A stretch of DNA of 64,000 nucleotides from an uncultured Gammaproteobacteria bacterium. Its GTDB lineage: Bacteria > Pseudomonadota > Gammaproteobacteria > CAWCPV01. The stretch's first letter is position 1, and every line of letters begins with the position of its first letter. The translations under genes and the position numbers were made by a program. The notes below the pieces were generated by a model. It was given only the letters and a program-made list of their open reading frames with translations, did no database searches and was not told the DNA's origin. Location: assembly GCA_963797555.1 (NCBI GenBank), contig CAWCPV010000014.1, forward strand, positions 352,001 through 416,000. The letters are read 5' to 3'. This document shows, piece by piece, positions 22,483 through 34,735 of the stretch.

Positions 22483-24903
22483 GCATGGATGAACTACGGG
22501 CCGAAAAAGAAGAACCGTTACAACTGTTACAACCGTTACAGGACATAAATTCTAATCCGTCTCAAGGACTTAGAGACGAAGGGTCTGTAACAGGGGGCCA
22601 AGAGCCGGCTGTTACAGATGTTACAGAGACCGCCGAGACATATGTTGCGCCTGTCCCGAGCGATGCACCTCCGCCGCCCAAGCGGCATCGCAAGCTGGGT
22701 GTGCCGTCGCGTACCTGGGCGTATCGGGTGCGGACGGGGAAGTGCTCTGCTACTTGGTCAGGTTCGACCTCCCCGATGGCCGGAAGGAGTTCCGGCCGCT
22801 GACGCTGCACCGAGCGCGTGGCCAACTGCGGTGGCAATGGCAAGCTCCACCGGAGCTCCGTCCGCTCTATGGGCTGGACCGGCTCGCGGGGCAGCCTTCA
22901 GCGACGGTGCTGGTCTGCGAAGGTGAAAAGGCGGCCGATGCGGCTGCAGCACTGCTGCCAGAAATCGCCGTCATCGCCTCCATGAATGGCGCGCGAAGCC
23001 CCGCCAAGAGCGACCGGACACCGCTTGCAGGTCGGGAGGTCCGCATCTGGCCGGATGCCGATGAGGCCGGGACCAAGTACGCGGAGGAGGTGGTCGACCT
23101 GGCAACTGCCGCCGATGCAACGAGTGTCGAGGTGCTGGATGTCGCCGCGCTATGGGGCGAGGTCCGCGATGACGGCTCGGACGCTGCCGACTGGCCCGAG
23201 GGCGCGCCGTTGCCCGACCCGCTGCCCACGGTTGTCACCCCTGCCCCTGCGGCTGATAAGTCAACCGCAAGCACCAGCACCGACATCCAGCCTTATTACT
23301 ACATGCTGCATCGCGACGGGCGAGTGACGGGAGGCAAGGGGCGCCACGAGGAGCGTCATGCCAGCCCTGAGGGCTCGGCGACGCGGATAGCGATGCCGCC
23401 GGGGCTATATCACGTTGACGTGCAGCGGCACCCTGAGCGTCCTCCTCTGTATCTCCCGCCGCTCTGGGTATCACAGGACTTCGAGCTGCTGGCGAGCGTC
23501 GACGACGGTGTGGGGCATGGGTATGGGCTCGCGATGCGGTTCGAGGCGCTGCACGGGCACTTACATACCTGGACACTGCCCCGCGCGCTGCTCGTTGTCG
23601 AAGGACGAGAGCATACCAAAAGCTCTACGACATGGGCTTCAAGATGTCGCTCAAGGCCGGGGTGGCGCACCTGCGCGAATACCTGAATCGCGCTGTCCCC
23701 GAGCGGCGGGCGTTGGGCGTTGCGAGTACCGGCTGGGCGGAGGACCGCTTTGTTCTGCCCGATCAGGTGTTCGGCCGCGATGCCGATCTCGTGTTCTACC
23801 GCACCGACGACCCCGCGCCGTCGCCGTACACGGTTGCGGGGACCCTGGAGGGCTGGCGTGACGAAGTAGCGAAGCCGCTGGAACCGTATGACGTGCCGGT
23901 ATTCGGCATTTCCTGCGGGTTCGCCGGGCCGCTCATGAGGCCGCTCGACATACCTTCGGGAGGCTTTCACCTTCAGGACCCGACCTCGACGGGCAAGACT
24001 TCGGCGTGCTTATGCGGGTTGTCCCCTTGGGGCGACCCCAAGGCCCTCGCCCACACGTGGTTGGGCACCCGCGTGGGGTTCGAGACCACGGCGGCGGCGC
24101 ACAGCGATGGGTTGCTGGTGCTGGACGAAATCGGCCAGGCCGACCCGCGCGAGGTTGGCGACATTATTTACCTCTTGTTCAACGATGCAGGGAAGATGCG
24201 CGGTAACGTTTGCCTGACCTATCGACGGAGCCTCCGCTGGAGGCTGCTGGTGCTCTCCTCCGGGGAAAAGTCGCTCGCCCAAATCATGGAGGCCGGGGGC
24301 CAGAAGCCGATGGCGGGGCAGGAGCTGCGCATCGCCCATGTGCGTGTCGACAGCGGCGACGGTTGCGGCATTTTCACCGGACTCGCCGATCCCAAGGCTC
24401 GGTTGGAGTTGTTGACCCGAGTAGATGCCGCCTCTCGGCAGCACCACGGCACTGCGATTCGCGAATACCTCGCGTGGTTGACGGACCCGGAGCGGCTGCT
24501 ACAGGTGCAGACGGCGCGGCATCATGTCGAGCGCCTGATGCAGGAATGGGTGGGGCAGGATACCGGGGAGGTTCAACGCGCCGCGCCGCGGTTCGCACTC
24601 GTCGGATACGCCGGCGAGCTGGCCACTGAAGCCGGGATCACGGGTTGGGCAGCGGGGAGAGCCCTCGCTGCGGCAGGGGCCGTTTACAAGCGTTGGCGTG
24701 CCGACTGGGGCGACGGGAAGCGTGACGAGACCAACTTCCTCGCGCATGCCGAGGAATGGTTGGCCGCCAACTCCATGGGCCACTTTGCCGAGGTGGACTC
24801 CAACACTCGCTTAATGACCGACGACTCAAGTGCTCGGCGCGCGCTCCTCAAACCGTTCTGCGGGTATACCACCATCGAGGGGGTCAGCGACTCTACTATT
24901 TGA
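22479..24903 (+). pseudogene. TOPRIM primase plus DUF927 helicase of a satellite/integrative element, frameshifted
   Basis: PLYG, CEGEKAADA, WPDAD; TGW, GTLEGW, STGKT, LDEIGQ and LSSGE motifs. Confidence 0.85.
22517..22625. repeat. GTTACA iteron cluster (putative origin)
   Basis: GTTACA at 22517, 22526, 22535, 22611 and 22620; inverted copy at 22586. Confidence 0.65.
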
Positions 24904-25465
24904 ACACTGCCGGCATGCGCCGGGAGAAGCTCATCCGGTACGGCTGGATCGCGGATAACACCCGCTGGATGCGCAAGCCGACGACGTGGGACGGACTAGA
25001 GGAGTTCTTCGAGCATTCGGCCCAGTTCTACCGTCAGGCTATGTGGTCGAAGGCGCCTGTGTACGTTGAATTATGGTGCGAGAAGGACGCCATCGCCGGT
25101 GTGCTGAGCCGGGAGACCTCACGTTATGACGTGCCGCTGATGGTGGCGCGCGGGTACTCGTCGGAGACGTTCGCCTATGAGGCTGCGGAGGACATCCGCG
25201 CGACTGGCAAGCCGGCGTACGTCTACTACGTGGGCGACTTCGACCCTTCGGGCTGGCAAGACCTGGAGAGACGGCTCGCAGGGTTCGGCGCCGAGTTCAC
25301 CCTTCGAGCGCCTGACGGTGACCCGCGCGCAAGTGACTGCGTGGGAAGTGACTGCGTGGGACCTGCCGACACGACCCACGAAAGAGACGGACACCCGCCA
25401 CAAGGCGTTCTATGCCGAGTTCGGCGAGGGTCAGGAGTCTGTCGAGGTGGATGCGGTGCCTGACG
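24890..25465 (+). pseudogene. Topo VI-A/DUF2399-like TOPRIM protein fragment
   Basis: VELWCEKDA, RGYSS and YYVGDFDPSG motifs. Confidence 0.65.
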
Positions 25466-25912
25466 GCTACCGGCCGCCGCTCGAGGCCATCCGGGCGCAT
25501 TGCCCGTGGTGCTGCCTCCAACAGCCGGGCGAAGTGCGGCTGTGTCCTGCAACACGTTGCGCAGCGCCCCCTACCGCCTGGGCAGCAATCCCGAGGTGAG
25601 CGAGGCGAAGAGGCTAGCCGGTGCCAAGAATATGGCCCGCCTGCGTCAAAAACAGGCCGAGGAGCGGGGATTTTCGGCGAAAACGGCGAGAGGTGGACCA
25701 CTTTTTCCAGAGGAGGGGTTGACTGGAGACCAAGCAGCTCCCCGTTGCCCCGGGTCGTCAGTTTTCGCCGCTTCACGACACCGTCGCTGGCCCATTCTGG
25801 AGAAGCCGCGGCATTTTTCCGAGCGGGACGAACTCATCTTCTGGCTTCAAAGAACGCTTGTCGCCCTATGGTATGATATATGCACATATAATAATATACT
25901 TACGCACGGAGC

Positions 25913-26374
25913 ATGAACATGCTTGATAACCTCACCATTAGCGGAATCATCATAGCCGTGCTGCTAAGCGCTACGGTGCTGCGGTTTATCTATAGCGACG
26001 GCAGAAGGGCTAAACGTACGCCCGACGGGGCGCACCCCGTGATAGAGGGAAACGCCATGAAGACAATGACTGGCAGTGACGAGCTCGACCTCGTTGACGG
26101 CGCCGCCGATGAGACAAAGCCGGTGGAGCCTTGGAATGGTCTCCACCTTGGCGTCGTTGCTGAGGTCTACCACCGCTTCCGTCCCGCACCGGGTGCGGTC
26201 GACAAGGATGAGCCCTGGAATAATCCGAAGCTTGGCTCAGTTGCGGAAGTTTACGGCTGGTGCGACCCTGACCCGTTTGCCAGCCACCGCAGGGCAATGC
26301 GCCGCGCCGGGCTTACCTTCGTCAGTTCGGCGCCTAACGCAAGGACAAAGCCCAAGCCTATTCAAGCACTATGA
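25913..26374 (+). CDS. membrane-anchored hypothetical protein with a duplicated EPWN..LG.VAEVY motif
   Basis: RBS, N-terminal hydrophobic helix, AT-rich upstream region. Confidence 0.6.
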   Translation: MNMLDNLTISGIIIAVLLSATVLRFIYSDGRRAKRTPDGAHPVIEGNAMKTMTGSDELDLVDGAADETKPVEPWNGLHLGVVAEVYHRFRPAPGAVDKDEPWNNPKLGSVAEVYGWCDPDPFASHRRAMRRAGLTFVSSAPNARTKPKPIQAL

Positions 26375-26546
26375 ACTGAAGGAGGGGACCAGGAGTGTCT
26401 GGGTAGCGAGGGCTGGAAGCCGATGACACTCATCTTACCGAGCAAGTCGCGGCTGCGGTGCGACGTGTCGCAGAGCGCGAGCGCTTCACGCTCGGCGAGG
26501 CCGTGGTGATGCTGGCCACACGCCAGAATGAATTACTACCCGTAAC

Positions 26547-26896
26547 TCCCCGAGGTAAGCCCCCGGCTTTGCCGGGGGACTCACCGAGGTTTGACCTATA
26601 CGACGGTCGTCGTGAATCTCCAATCTCCGCCAAGAGAAGGAGACGCACGATGAAAGAGTACCAGAGTCTGATCCACACGAAGTGGGACTGTAAGTACCAT
26701 GTGATATTCATCCCGAAAGCGCAGGAAGAAGCGGATCTTCGGGGCGCTGCGCCGCCACCTGGGACAGATCTTCCACGAGTTGGCGGGCCACAAGGACTCG
26801 AAGGTGGTTGAAGGCCACCTGATGTCCGATCACGTGCACATGTGCCTGAGCATACCGCCGAAGTATGCGGTGTCCAACGTCGTGGGGTATATCAAA
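26547..26896 (+). mobile_element. tnpA: IS200 copy 2, 5' part, interrupted by IS1380
   Basis: same left end as 8073; retains [16 protein letters not shown]. Confidence 0.9.
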
Positions 26897-26932
26897 CCTG
26901 ATTCCGTGACTTCGCGTCTTAGCGGGTGGCTG

Positions 26933-28948
26933 GCTGGGTGGCCGCGGGCAGTTGCCCGCCCGCGGCTCCCACAAATCCGGACGTGCCCAATTCGGGCATC
27001 CGGCTCCTCGGACTATGGAGTCGCTGCGCGCCGGTAAACACTGTGGACGACACGCGGTGGGGGGAGCGGGTAGCGCTCGGTCAGACGGACAAACCTCACC
27101 CACGTCATCCGGCCCCGCCACGAGCGGCGATGGAGCCACTTGCGCCAGAGGCGCCGGACTTCGTGGACAAAGCGGGCGAGCGCACGCGCATTGCCGGTGA
27201 TGCCGTAGTAGGCGTAGTGGCCCTGGAGCTTGCGACGCAACGCCGCTTGCTGGGCCGCCACCGGCCAGTGGCGGTGCGCTCGGCACCAGTGACCGACTTC
27301 CCGCAATGCACGGGTGAAACGGTCCTTGGCCGTCTTGCGTTGCACTACCCAGCGCCCCTTCCTGGAGCGCCCCCAGAGGTGGGTGAACCCCAGCAGCACA
27401 AAGCTGCGCTCGCGCTGCGGGCCGCCTGGCCCTGTCCTCGATGGACTGCGAAAGTCCACCAGTCGGGTCTTCTCGGGGTGCAGCCTGAGGCCGTATTTGC
27501 CGAATCGCTTTGGCAAGACCTCTAGTACCCGCCTCGCATCCTCTTCCCGCTCGAAGACCAGCGCCGCGTCATCGGCAAAGCGGACCTCAAAGGCCCGCCC
27601 CCGCAGCCGTGGCTTGACCTCGTGCTCAAACCACACATCGAGCACTTCATGCAGGTAGAGGTTACTGAGCAGGGGTGAAATCACCCCGCCCTGAGGCGTC
27701 CCCCGGTCCGGGTGAGTGAGCTGCCCGGATTCCATGACCCCAGCGTTCAACCACTTCCCAATCGCGCGTCGAATCACCCCATCGCGCACCCGTTGGTCCA
27801 GAAAGCCCCGAAGGTGTCCCCAATCAACGTCATCGAAGAAGCTCTGGATGTCGAGGTCGATTATCCATCCACCCCCCATCCCCACCAGCCCCTGCCACAA
27901 CGCTTCCAGCGCCTGGTGGGCACTGCGCCCCGGCCGAAACCCATACGAGCAGTCCAGAAAGTCCTGCTCGTACACCGGCTCCAGCACCATCAGCACCGCC
28001 CGCTGCAGCACCTTATCCTCCAGCGTGGGGATACCGATGGGGCGGGTCTTCTTCCCCGCGCCCGGCTTCGGGATGTGCATCCGGCGCACCGCCGGCGCTC
28101 GGTACCGACCCGACTTGAACCGTTCGAGCAGGCTCGCCAGGTTCGCCTCCAGGTCGGCTTCGTACTGCGCCGCCGTCACCCCGTCCACCCCCGCCGCGCC
28201 GTCCTTGCGCGTACGCCGATACGCTTCGCGCAACCACGCCTCGTCGATGTGGTGCGCCAACGTCGTCAGCTCCAGCTTCGGCTCTATCCGAGCCAGCTCC
28301 GCTAGCTTCTCTTGTCGTGTTGAGATGACCTCTCGGCCCGATGTCCCCGTCATCTGTCCCTCAAGAAGCCCCACAGCCCGGTCCACCGCCTCCCTCCGCC
28401 GGGTCCCCTGGGGCGGGTTCCCCGACTTCAACGGTACTATCAGTGGACTCCGACTCCTCGCCCTCCATCCCGCCGCGCTTCGTTGCCTTCGCTTGGCGGT
28501 ACCACCGCTGGGTCCCACTTCGCTCCCCCGGGCCGAGACCCACACCCGAGGACCTGGACTGCTTCTACCGCGGCGCCCGCACCGCCTGTTCTCGGTGGAG
28601 AAAACGAGGTCTCCCAGGTTCCTGGGCAACCCTTGCCTGCATGCCCCACTCTTCGACCCCGGCGGACCGCTTGCACCCGGCCACTTCGGTGCCGGCGATG
28701 CTGCCTTCCGCTAAGTTAACGACGTCGGCTCCGCATCAATATCACTGTCGAGGCTCTATCACGCGGCCTACAGGCTCCCTGTCTACGCTTCGCAGCCGGG
28801 GTCGCCCCCGGACCACGCAAGACTCGGTTCCGGCTGGTGGCCAGCCTTTGCCGGGTCGGGACTCTCACCCGCCGGGTCGCATAGAAGGTTTCCATCGTGT
28901 CTATCCCTCTACGTGACTTCCCCCTTCACCAGACTTTGCCTGGCGCAA
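26933..28948 (-). mobile_element. group II intron with RT/maturase ORF
   Basis: 5' TTGCG; domain V GAGCCGGATGCCCGAATTGGGCACGTCCGGATT; boundaries fixed by comparison with the intact IS1380. Confidence 0.92.
27013..28353 (-). CDS. ltrA: group II intron reverse transcriptase/maturase, no endonuclease domain
   Basis: [27 protein letters not shown] and RFADD motifs; start uncertain. Confidence 0.92.
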   Translation of the reverse strand: MTGTSGREVISTRQEKLAELARIEPKLELTTLAHHIDEAWLREAYRRTRKDGAAGVDGVTAAQYEADLEANLASLLERFKSGRYRAPAVRRMHIPKPGAGKKTRPIGIPTLEDKVLQRAVLMVLEPVYEQDFLDCSYGFRPGRSAHQALEALWQGLVGMGGGWIIDLDIQSFFDDVDWGHLRGFLDQRVRDGVIRRAIGKWLNAGVMESGQLTHPDRGTPQGGVISPLLSNLYLHEVLDVWFEHEVKPRLRGRAFEVRFADDAALVFEREEDARRVLEVLPKRFGKYGLRLHPEKTRLVDFRSPSRTGPGGPQRERSFVLLGFTHLWGRSRKGRWVVQRKTAKDRFTRALREVGHWCRAHRHWPVAAQQAALRRKLQGHYAYYGITGNARALARFVHEVRRLWRKWLHRRSWRGRMTWVRFVRLTERYPLPPPRVVHSVYRRAATP

Positions 28949-29436
28949 CAACCTGCTGATTTATCGTGGCAGTTCGGGTAAAATCGGCCCGCACGCCCAC
29001 TCACCCGGCAGGTGAACGATGAAGCGGTTCATCCTGGAGCAGTCCGACGAAGAGTTCTACACCTCCCAGCCGGCATCGAAGGCATGTTCGCCGCGGTAAC
29101 GCCCCAAGAGCGTGTGCTCATCCTATTCAACATGCTCGGGCGGCAGATTGAGGTGCACGTAGACAGGCACCTCATCGAGTCCTGCGTCTGAAGTGCCGGC
29201 GCACAAAGGCGCGCTCTGCTCAGACTGGGCAAGCAAGTTACCAGGCGCCGTGGCTCGCGTGGCCGGGCTCCGCCATTGTGCTTAGCTACAGTAGAATGTA
29301 GCCAGGGTTGGACCGGGAAGGCATTGCCGAGAACCTCCGCTCCGCGCCCGGCACACCGCGACCAAGTCGAGCGGGGGGAAGGCTTGACGTTCTTCCGAAC
29401 GAGCCCTTGACCTTTCGAGCAACCATCGGGGCATTG

Positions 29437-30258
29437 ATGTCAGCGCGTTTGCTGGGTGTCTTGATTCTCTTTCCGGCGCTCGCCGCCACGGCGGACGGCG
29501 GACCACTGCGCAGGCTGGACGCTCACCTGCTGCGGGATCTGGCAGCACGTTACGAGCACGCGGAGGGGGTGCCGCGCGACTATCAGCGGGCCTACCGTCT
29601 TTACTGTCTAGCCGCGACTCAAGGCGATGCCAAGGCGCAGTATAGCCTCGGCTGGATGTATATCAACGGTCGTGGCGTACCGCAGGACGACAGCCTCGCC
29701 GCCGGCTGGCTTCGTCTGGCCGCTCACCAAAGGGACGGGCTTTCGCACAACGTGCTCCGGCTATTGCAGTCGGTTGAGCCGCGCCCGGACCCGAATTGTC
29801 CGTTGTGGAGAGGCAGACGCGGCCCCGGCAGGCTGCGAGTGGAAGCCTGGGTGGCTGCGTTGGCACCGGAATTCGATCTAGACCCAGAGCTGGTTCTGGC
29901 CGTGATCGAGGCGGAATCCGCCTTCCAGCCGCACGCCCACTCCTCGAAAGACGCCCGCGGCCTGATGCAGTTGGTCCCCGAGACCGCCTCACGACTTGGC
30001 GTACAAGATGTTTGGGATGCCCTGGATAACCTGCGCGGTGGGATGCGCTACCTACGTCAACTCCTCGTCATGTTCGGCGGTGACCTACGGCTCACGCTGG
30101 CGGCATACAATGCAGGGGAAAAGGCGGTGGAGCGCTTCAATGGAGTCCCCCCCTATCAGGAGACGCAGAGCTATGTTCGCCGAATCACGGGCCGGTACGG
30201 CAAGGTTTGGCATCGCGTGCCGGGGTTCATCTTGTCATCCGTGTCCGCCGTGCAATGA
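29437..30258 (+). CDS. lytic transglycosylase with Sel1 repeats
   Basis: AQYSLGWMY; ESAF, GLMQL, AAYNAGE and PPYQETQSYV motifs. Confidence 0.9.
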   Translation: MSARLLGVLILFPALAATADGGPLRRLDAHLLRDLAARYEHAEGVPRDYQRAYRLYCLAATQGDAKAQYSLGWMYINGRGVPQDDSLAAGWLRLAAHQRDGLSHNVLRLLQSVEPRPDPNCPLWRGRRGPGRLRVEAWVAALAPEFDLDPELVLAVIEAESAFQPHAHSSKDARGLMQLVPETASRLGVQDVWDALDNLRGGMRYLRQLLVMFGGDLRLTLAAYNAGEKAVERFNGVPPYQETQSYVRRITGRYGKVWHRVPGFILSSVSAVQ

Positions 30259-30318
30259 AGTTCCGAAACGTAGCCCCACTAGCTCGCCACCTCGCGAAAG
30301 ATCGCAGAGCGGGCCTTA

Positions 30319-31638
30319 GGAATCTAGAAATAATAACTTGAACACTTCACGTTGCTTCACGTTGCCCACGAGGCTTGAATCGATAGTTCCACTCGCCATG
30401 AAACTCATCGCGTTCGATCGCGAGGTCCGCGAGCGCCTGGTCGGACACCTTGACGCCCGCCTGTAGGTATTCTGATCGACTTGCGCCTGGATATGCAGTC
30501 CCTTCTCGGTTGTGGTGCTACCGATCAGATTGACCACAACCTCCCGGCTGACCAAGGGGCGCTCCCGCCAGTTGTTGGTGATATGACAGAACATTCGATG
30601 CTCGATCTTGTTCCACTTGCTGGTGCCGGGCGGGAAGTGACAGACTTGGATGGCGATCTGAAGCTCATCGGCGAGCTTCTGCAATTCGAGACGCCACAGG
30701 CGCACACGATAGCCGTTGCTGCCTCCGCAGTCCGCCGTAATCAGCAAGCGGTGCGCCTCAGGGTAGCGTGGCTGACCCATCTCCCGCCACCAGCGTCGAA
30801 TGCTTTCCACCGCGAATTCGGCGGTATCGTGATCAATCCCGACACTCACCCAGCCTGGATTGGCGGCGACATCATAGACCCCATAGGGGGCCACCTTGCC
30901 CAGTTGTGGATCGATGAAGTCATGCACCCGAACCTGCTCGGGCTCCCCCTTGGGCTGCCATTCCCGTCCGCCATTCTTGAAGTCCCCGACCAACTCCTTC
31001 TTCTTGGTATCGACTGAGATCACCGGATCCCCGGTCCTCTGGTAATGGGCCGCCATGCGGGCAATGTGACTGAATTGGGCGTCCCGATCGGGGTGCTGCC
31101 TGCCCTCCCGTGTCTTGCGAGGCGACTGCAAGCTGTAATCGAGTTGTTTCAGCAGGTCGCAAACACTACGCTGACTCGCCGGGTGACCCAGCGCTGCCAA
31201 TTCCGCGGCCAGCCGGGGCGTGCTTTTGCATGTCCAGCGCAGCGGCGACTGCGGATCGCCACGTGCCGTTGGCTCGACCAGTGCATCGAGGTCCTGCAAG
31301 AGCGTGGTGTCCTTGGCTGTAAGCTTCTTGCGTCCACCGCCGGAGAGCCGCACGCGCCGCGTGCTGCTGCCCGCAGCCCTGGAGGGCGCAGGAGCGGCAG
31401 CGGCCAACTCCGCTATGCCCGCGTAGACGGTGGTGCGCGATATCCCGATGGCTTTCGCGACCGCGCTAACGCCACCGCGCCCCAGGGTGCGCGCTTCCAC
31501 CGCAGCCCAAAGACGCAATGTCGCCTCATCCAGACGACCCGCAAGCGCACGGTATTTGCCCTCAATCATCTCCACGACATCCATCCGCCGAGAGTATAAG
31601 GATCAACCTATATATTCAAGTTATTGTTGCTAAAATCC
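30319..31638 (-). mobile_element. ISAzo13-family element; transposase from 31584 with a 3' frameshift
   Basis: imperfect TIRs sharing AATAACTTGAA; TSD TTA; ISVDTKKKE, DCGGSN and SKWNKIEHR motifs. Confidence 0.92.
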
Positions 31639-31971
31639 TTAGAGCTTGCGAAGAAATCGTCGCGAGCGGCCCAAAAGCAAGCCTGTCCTGAGCCCTGCCG
31701 AAGGGGCGCTCGGAGTGGAGCGACGAGACAAGCCCTGCGATACGTCCCCTCCGCACGCCGGGCCACGATAAGGACGCGGCCGACGGCGCGATGCGTCGGC
31801 TGCTGTGCCCTCCGACGTGCGCCCACCGCGGGCTCCTCGGCTTGGCGCTTCGCACCTTCTCCGCCTCGTCGCGGGCGATCGATGGGACGTTGTCCCTGGT
31901 CTGATCCGGACATAACGATCTCAGGAAGGAGAAGACAATGACTCGACTCTGGTTGGCGGTGATGCCATGCC

Positions 31972-32685
31972 CTACGGCCGGTTCGCCTTCAGCACATACC
32001 CAAAGCCTCTGACGGTCCTGATCCGCTGCGGTCGGCTCGGAGACGTTTCAATCTTGCGCCGCAGCAAGTGTATGAACTGCTGCACGTCGCTGGCTGTCGC
32101 TTTGGAGTTGGTAGGCCAGATGCGCTGGAGGATTTCCCCCACGGAAAAGACACGGCCCGGCTCGGTGGCGAACAGGTGCAGAAGCTGGTACTGCCTGGGG
32201 CTGAGAGGGATGAGCGTGCCGTGGACGCGCACCTGCTTGAGGCGATCATCGATATGAAGTTCAGGGGTGCCGGGCGAACCCCCGACGGACGCCAAAGGAA
32301 GTCCCGGCCTGCGGCGCTGCACCCTGCGGCGCTCCAAGATCGGGGGTAAGGCGCTCGTCGGGGCCAAGCTGCGCCGGGCTAGCAGGAGATCTAAGCGGGT
32401 TTCCAGTTCAGCCAGTTGGAACGGTCTGAACACGAAGTCATCGATTCCAATGTGGGGCCCATTTAGTATCGCCTCACGGTCACCCAACGAAGCGACGCAA
32501 ATGGTTGGCGGGTTGCCTAGCGACCCTCTCAGCAGCGCGATCTCCTGTATACGCTTGGCGGGATAGGCGCCCAGGTCCGCGACTATGACAGTCGCCCCTT
32601 CTTGCGGCTCGTTTGGGTGCGTCTCCAGGGTCCTGAGGATACGATAACCCTTGGTGCCGAAAACGCGTTCCAGCAACGTGGCCAT
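31972..32685 (-). CDS. OmpR-type winged-helix regulator with degenerate receiver domain
   Basis: LSPRQYQLL, LRRKIE and IRTVRGFGY motifs. Confidence 0.82.
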   Translation of the reverse strand: MATLLERVFGTKGYRILRTLETHPNEPQEGATVIVADLGAYPAKRIQEIALLRGSLGNPPTICVASLGDREAILNGPHIGIDDFVFRPFQLAELETRLDLLLARRSLAPTSALPPILERRRVQRRRPGLPLASVGGSPGTPELHIDDRLKQVRVHGTLIPLSPRQYQLLHLFATEPGRVFSVGEILQRIWPTNSKATASDVQQFIHLLRRKIETSPSRPQRIRTVRGFGYVLKANRP

Positions 32686-33739
32686 AGAACTGGTCCGTCA
32701 TGAACAACCGTATAGACGGTCGGACCGGCTCACGCGAACCAACGCCGTGGGTCGGGGAAGGGATTTCGGGATGCGTGACCATTACCGCCAATCAGGATAA
32801 TCCGCGGCAACTCTCCCCACCGTCACCCGTCGGCAGTGAAGTACCATTGTGGGTCCCTCGGACTTCCCCTCTGTTCCCGGCCCGGTAGATGACCTCAACA
32901 TAAGAAACGGACATGCCACACGGCGGGAGTGGGCGGCCGGGCGGGAACCTAGCTACGGCGGCGTCCCGGTCCGCAACTAACGAATCTTGGCTCTGGCGTG
33001 CAAGCGAGACCAGGTGGGAGAACCGGCGGACTACGGGCAATACTGACCTACAGCGTCATGTCTCAGTCGGTGAAGCAGGTCCATGTCACGCGGTGGCGGA
33101 CAGAGGACGGGGGCTTGGGGTAGTGATGAGATCACTCTGCCGTCGGACCTGCCTCAGGCGCGGAGGTGACGGTACACTGAAGCAGGTCGACCCCGAGGTG
33201 CCGAATCTTGTCTAGAGCTTCGTCACGACTCGTTGCGAGCAGGGTATAGTCGAGAGCTACGGGGATAGCGGAGAACCCCGCATATCCGGTGCCGCGTATC
33301 CTGTACATATGGTTCGCTCCTTTTCAGCGGAAAAACGCCCTCGTGCGACAGCAGCCACCGCCTATCGGTCGCTGTGTCCTCGCCCTGTGAGGCAGGCACA
33401 GATGGGCTGACGGACACTAACGTTCCCGAAAGCACCCAAGCCTTCTGGCTCGGGGCAAACCGGGGCGCCAGCAGCCCGTCGTTAATCTCCCGACAGCAAA
33501 GCGGTTGAACTGGGTGGCCGACAGCAGGGAATTCGACCACATTAGCGGCCAACAGTACAAACCCACAAGCTTCAAAACTCGACCCAGAGCAGTCCTTCAT
33601 GGGTTGCCTCCAGCATGGTCAATCCCGATCCCTGCATGGGTTAGATACATCCGAGAAGATGAACGTTCGCTGCGCCCTCAACGTGAAACCCGAGGGCGAC
33701 CTGGATCGTTCGTCTTTCACAGACGACTGGTGAGAAACC

Positions 33740-33960
33740 CACGGCTGCTCAGTGGTGCCGTACGCTTGTTTTTTGGCTTACCCAAAACTTTGCGGGTGTG
33801 ACCCGGTTTTGAAGCTCCTTGGCGATCCGGGAGGTTCCCTTGCCTTCCGCCAGGGTCGTCAGGACTTCCAGTTCCCGTGCGGTGAGATCCACATGGGGTC
33901 GTCTCGTTGCAAGGCGTTGGCCGAATTCCAGACCGCTGCGCGCTCACATTTCGTCCAACT
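33740..33960 (-). pseudogene. LuxR-type HTH remnant
   Basis: LTARELEVLTTLAEGKGTSRIAKEL read manually on the minus strand. Confidence 0.5.
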
Positions 33961-34095
33961 CCGCGGGTTCGTCCTGCGGCTTAACTATAGGTTCAAACAA
34001 GGCCGTGCTGGACCTGCGAGCTCGGTCCACGTACGTATGGCTTGCTTTCCGATTGGGGGGAGTCCCGCCGGTTGTGCCCCCACGCAGCCGTTAAC

Positions 34096-34489
34096 TCCCT
34101 GAGGTAAGCCCCCGGCTTTGCCGGGGGACTCACCGAGGTTTGACCTATACGACGGTCGTCGTGAATCTCCAATCTCCGCCAAGAGAAGGGGATCCACGAT
34201 GAAAGAGTACCAGAGTCTGAGCCACACGAAGTGGGACTGTAAGTGCAGGAAAAAGCGGATCTTCGGGGCGCTGCGCCGCCACCTGGGACGGATCTTCCAC
34301 GAGTTGGCGGGCCATAAGGAATCGAAGGTAGTTGAAGGGCTTACATCCGGAACCAAGAGCAAGAGGAGGAGCGCTACGATCAACTGACGCTGCGGACACA
34401 GGTCCAGCCGCCTTGGGCGGCTCTCGGTATTATGGCGCCTTTGAGGCGCTCACCCAATAAGCCCCCGGCTTTGCCGGGGGTGAGTTAAC
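34096..34489 (+). mobile_element. internally deleted IS200 (copy 3, different deletions)
   Basis: both hairpin ends intact; two internal deletions relative to copies 1 and 2. Confidence 0.9.
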
Positions 34490-34655
34490 TGCGGAAGCAG
34501 TTCCCCGGCGGTCGACCCTTGGTCATATTGGTCGGGGTCCCCGGTCATCCACCACGCGGCGGATCGCCTCACCGCGAGGGTCTCGTCAGGGGTGTGCTGT
34601 AGCTCCTTGTCAAGTTGCCTTGCCATGACACACTCAACGACGGCACGAGCCTCCT
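34490..34655 (-). repeat. inverted partial duplicate of about 11709-11895
   Basis: encodes EARAVVECVMARQLDKELQHT.DETLAVRRSAAWWMTGDPDQYDQGSTA. Confidence 0.85.
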
Positions 34656-34735
34656 TTGCCCGCATGGCACAAGCTTGGGTGATGAGGCTATCGCAGGTAG
34701 CGCGCCCCGCCACGCATCCCTGGCTTTCCTTCAAG

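Larger units (their letters stand above)
26897..29066 (+). mobile_element. IS1380 5' remnant split by a group II intron
   Basis: 26897-26932 plus 28949-29066 align with the start of the full copy at 57247. Confidence 0.88.

Noticed and set aside
27013-28629. Retron, DGR or defence-associated RT
   Set aside because: The RT is flanked by clear group II intron RNA with domains V and VI.
32700-33700. Long intergenic region as a possible riboswitch or ncRNA
   Set aside because: No recognisable consensus; the short ORFs look spurious.
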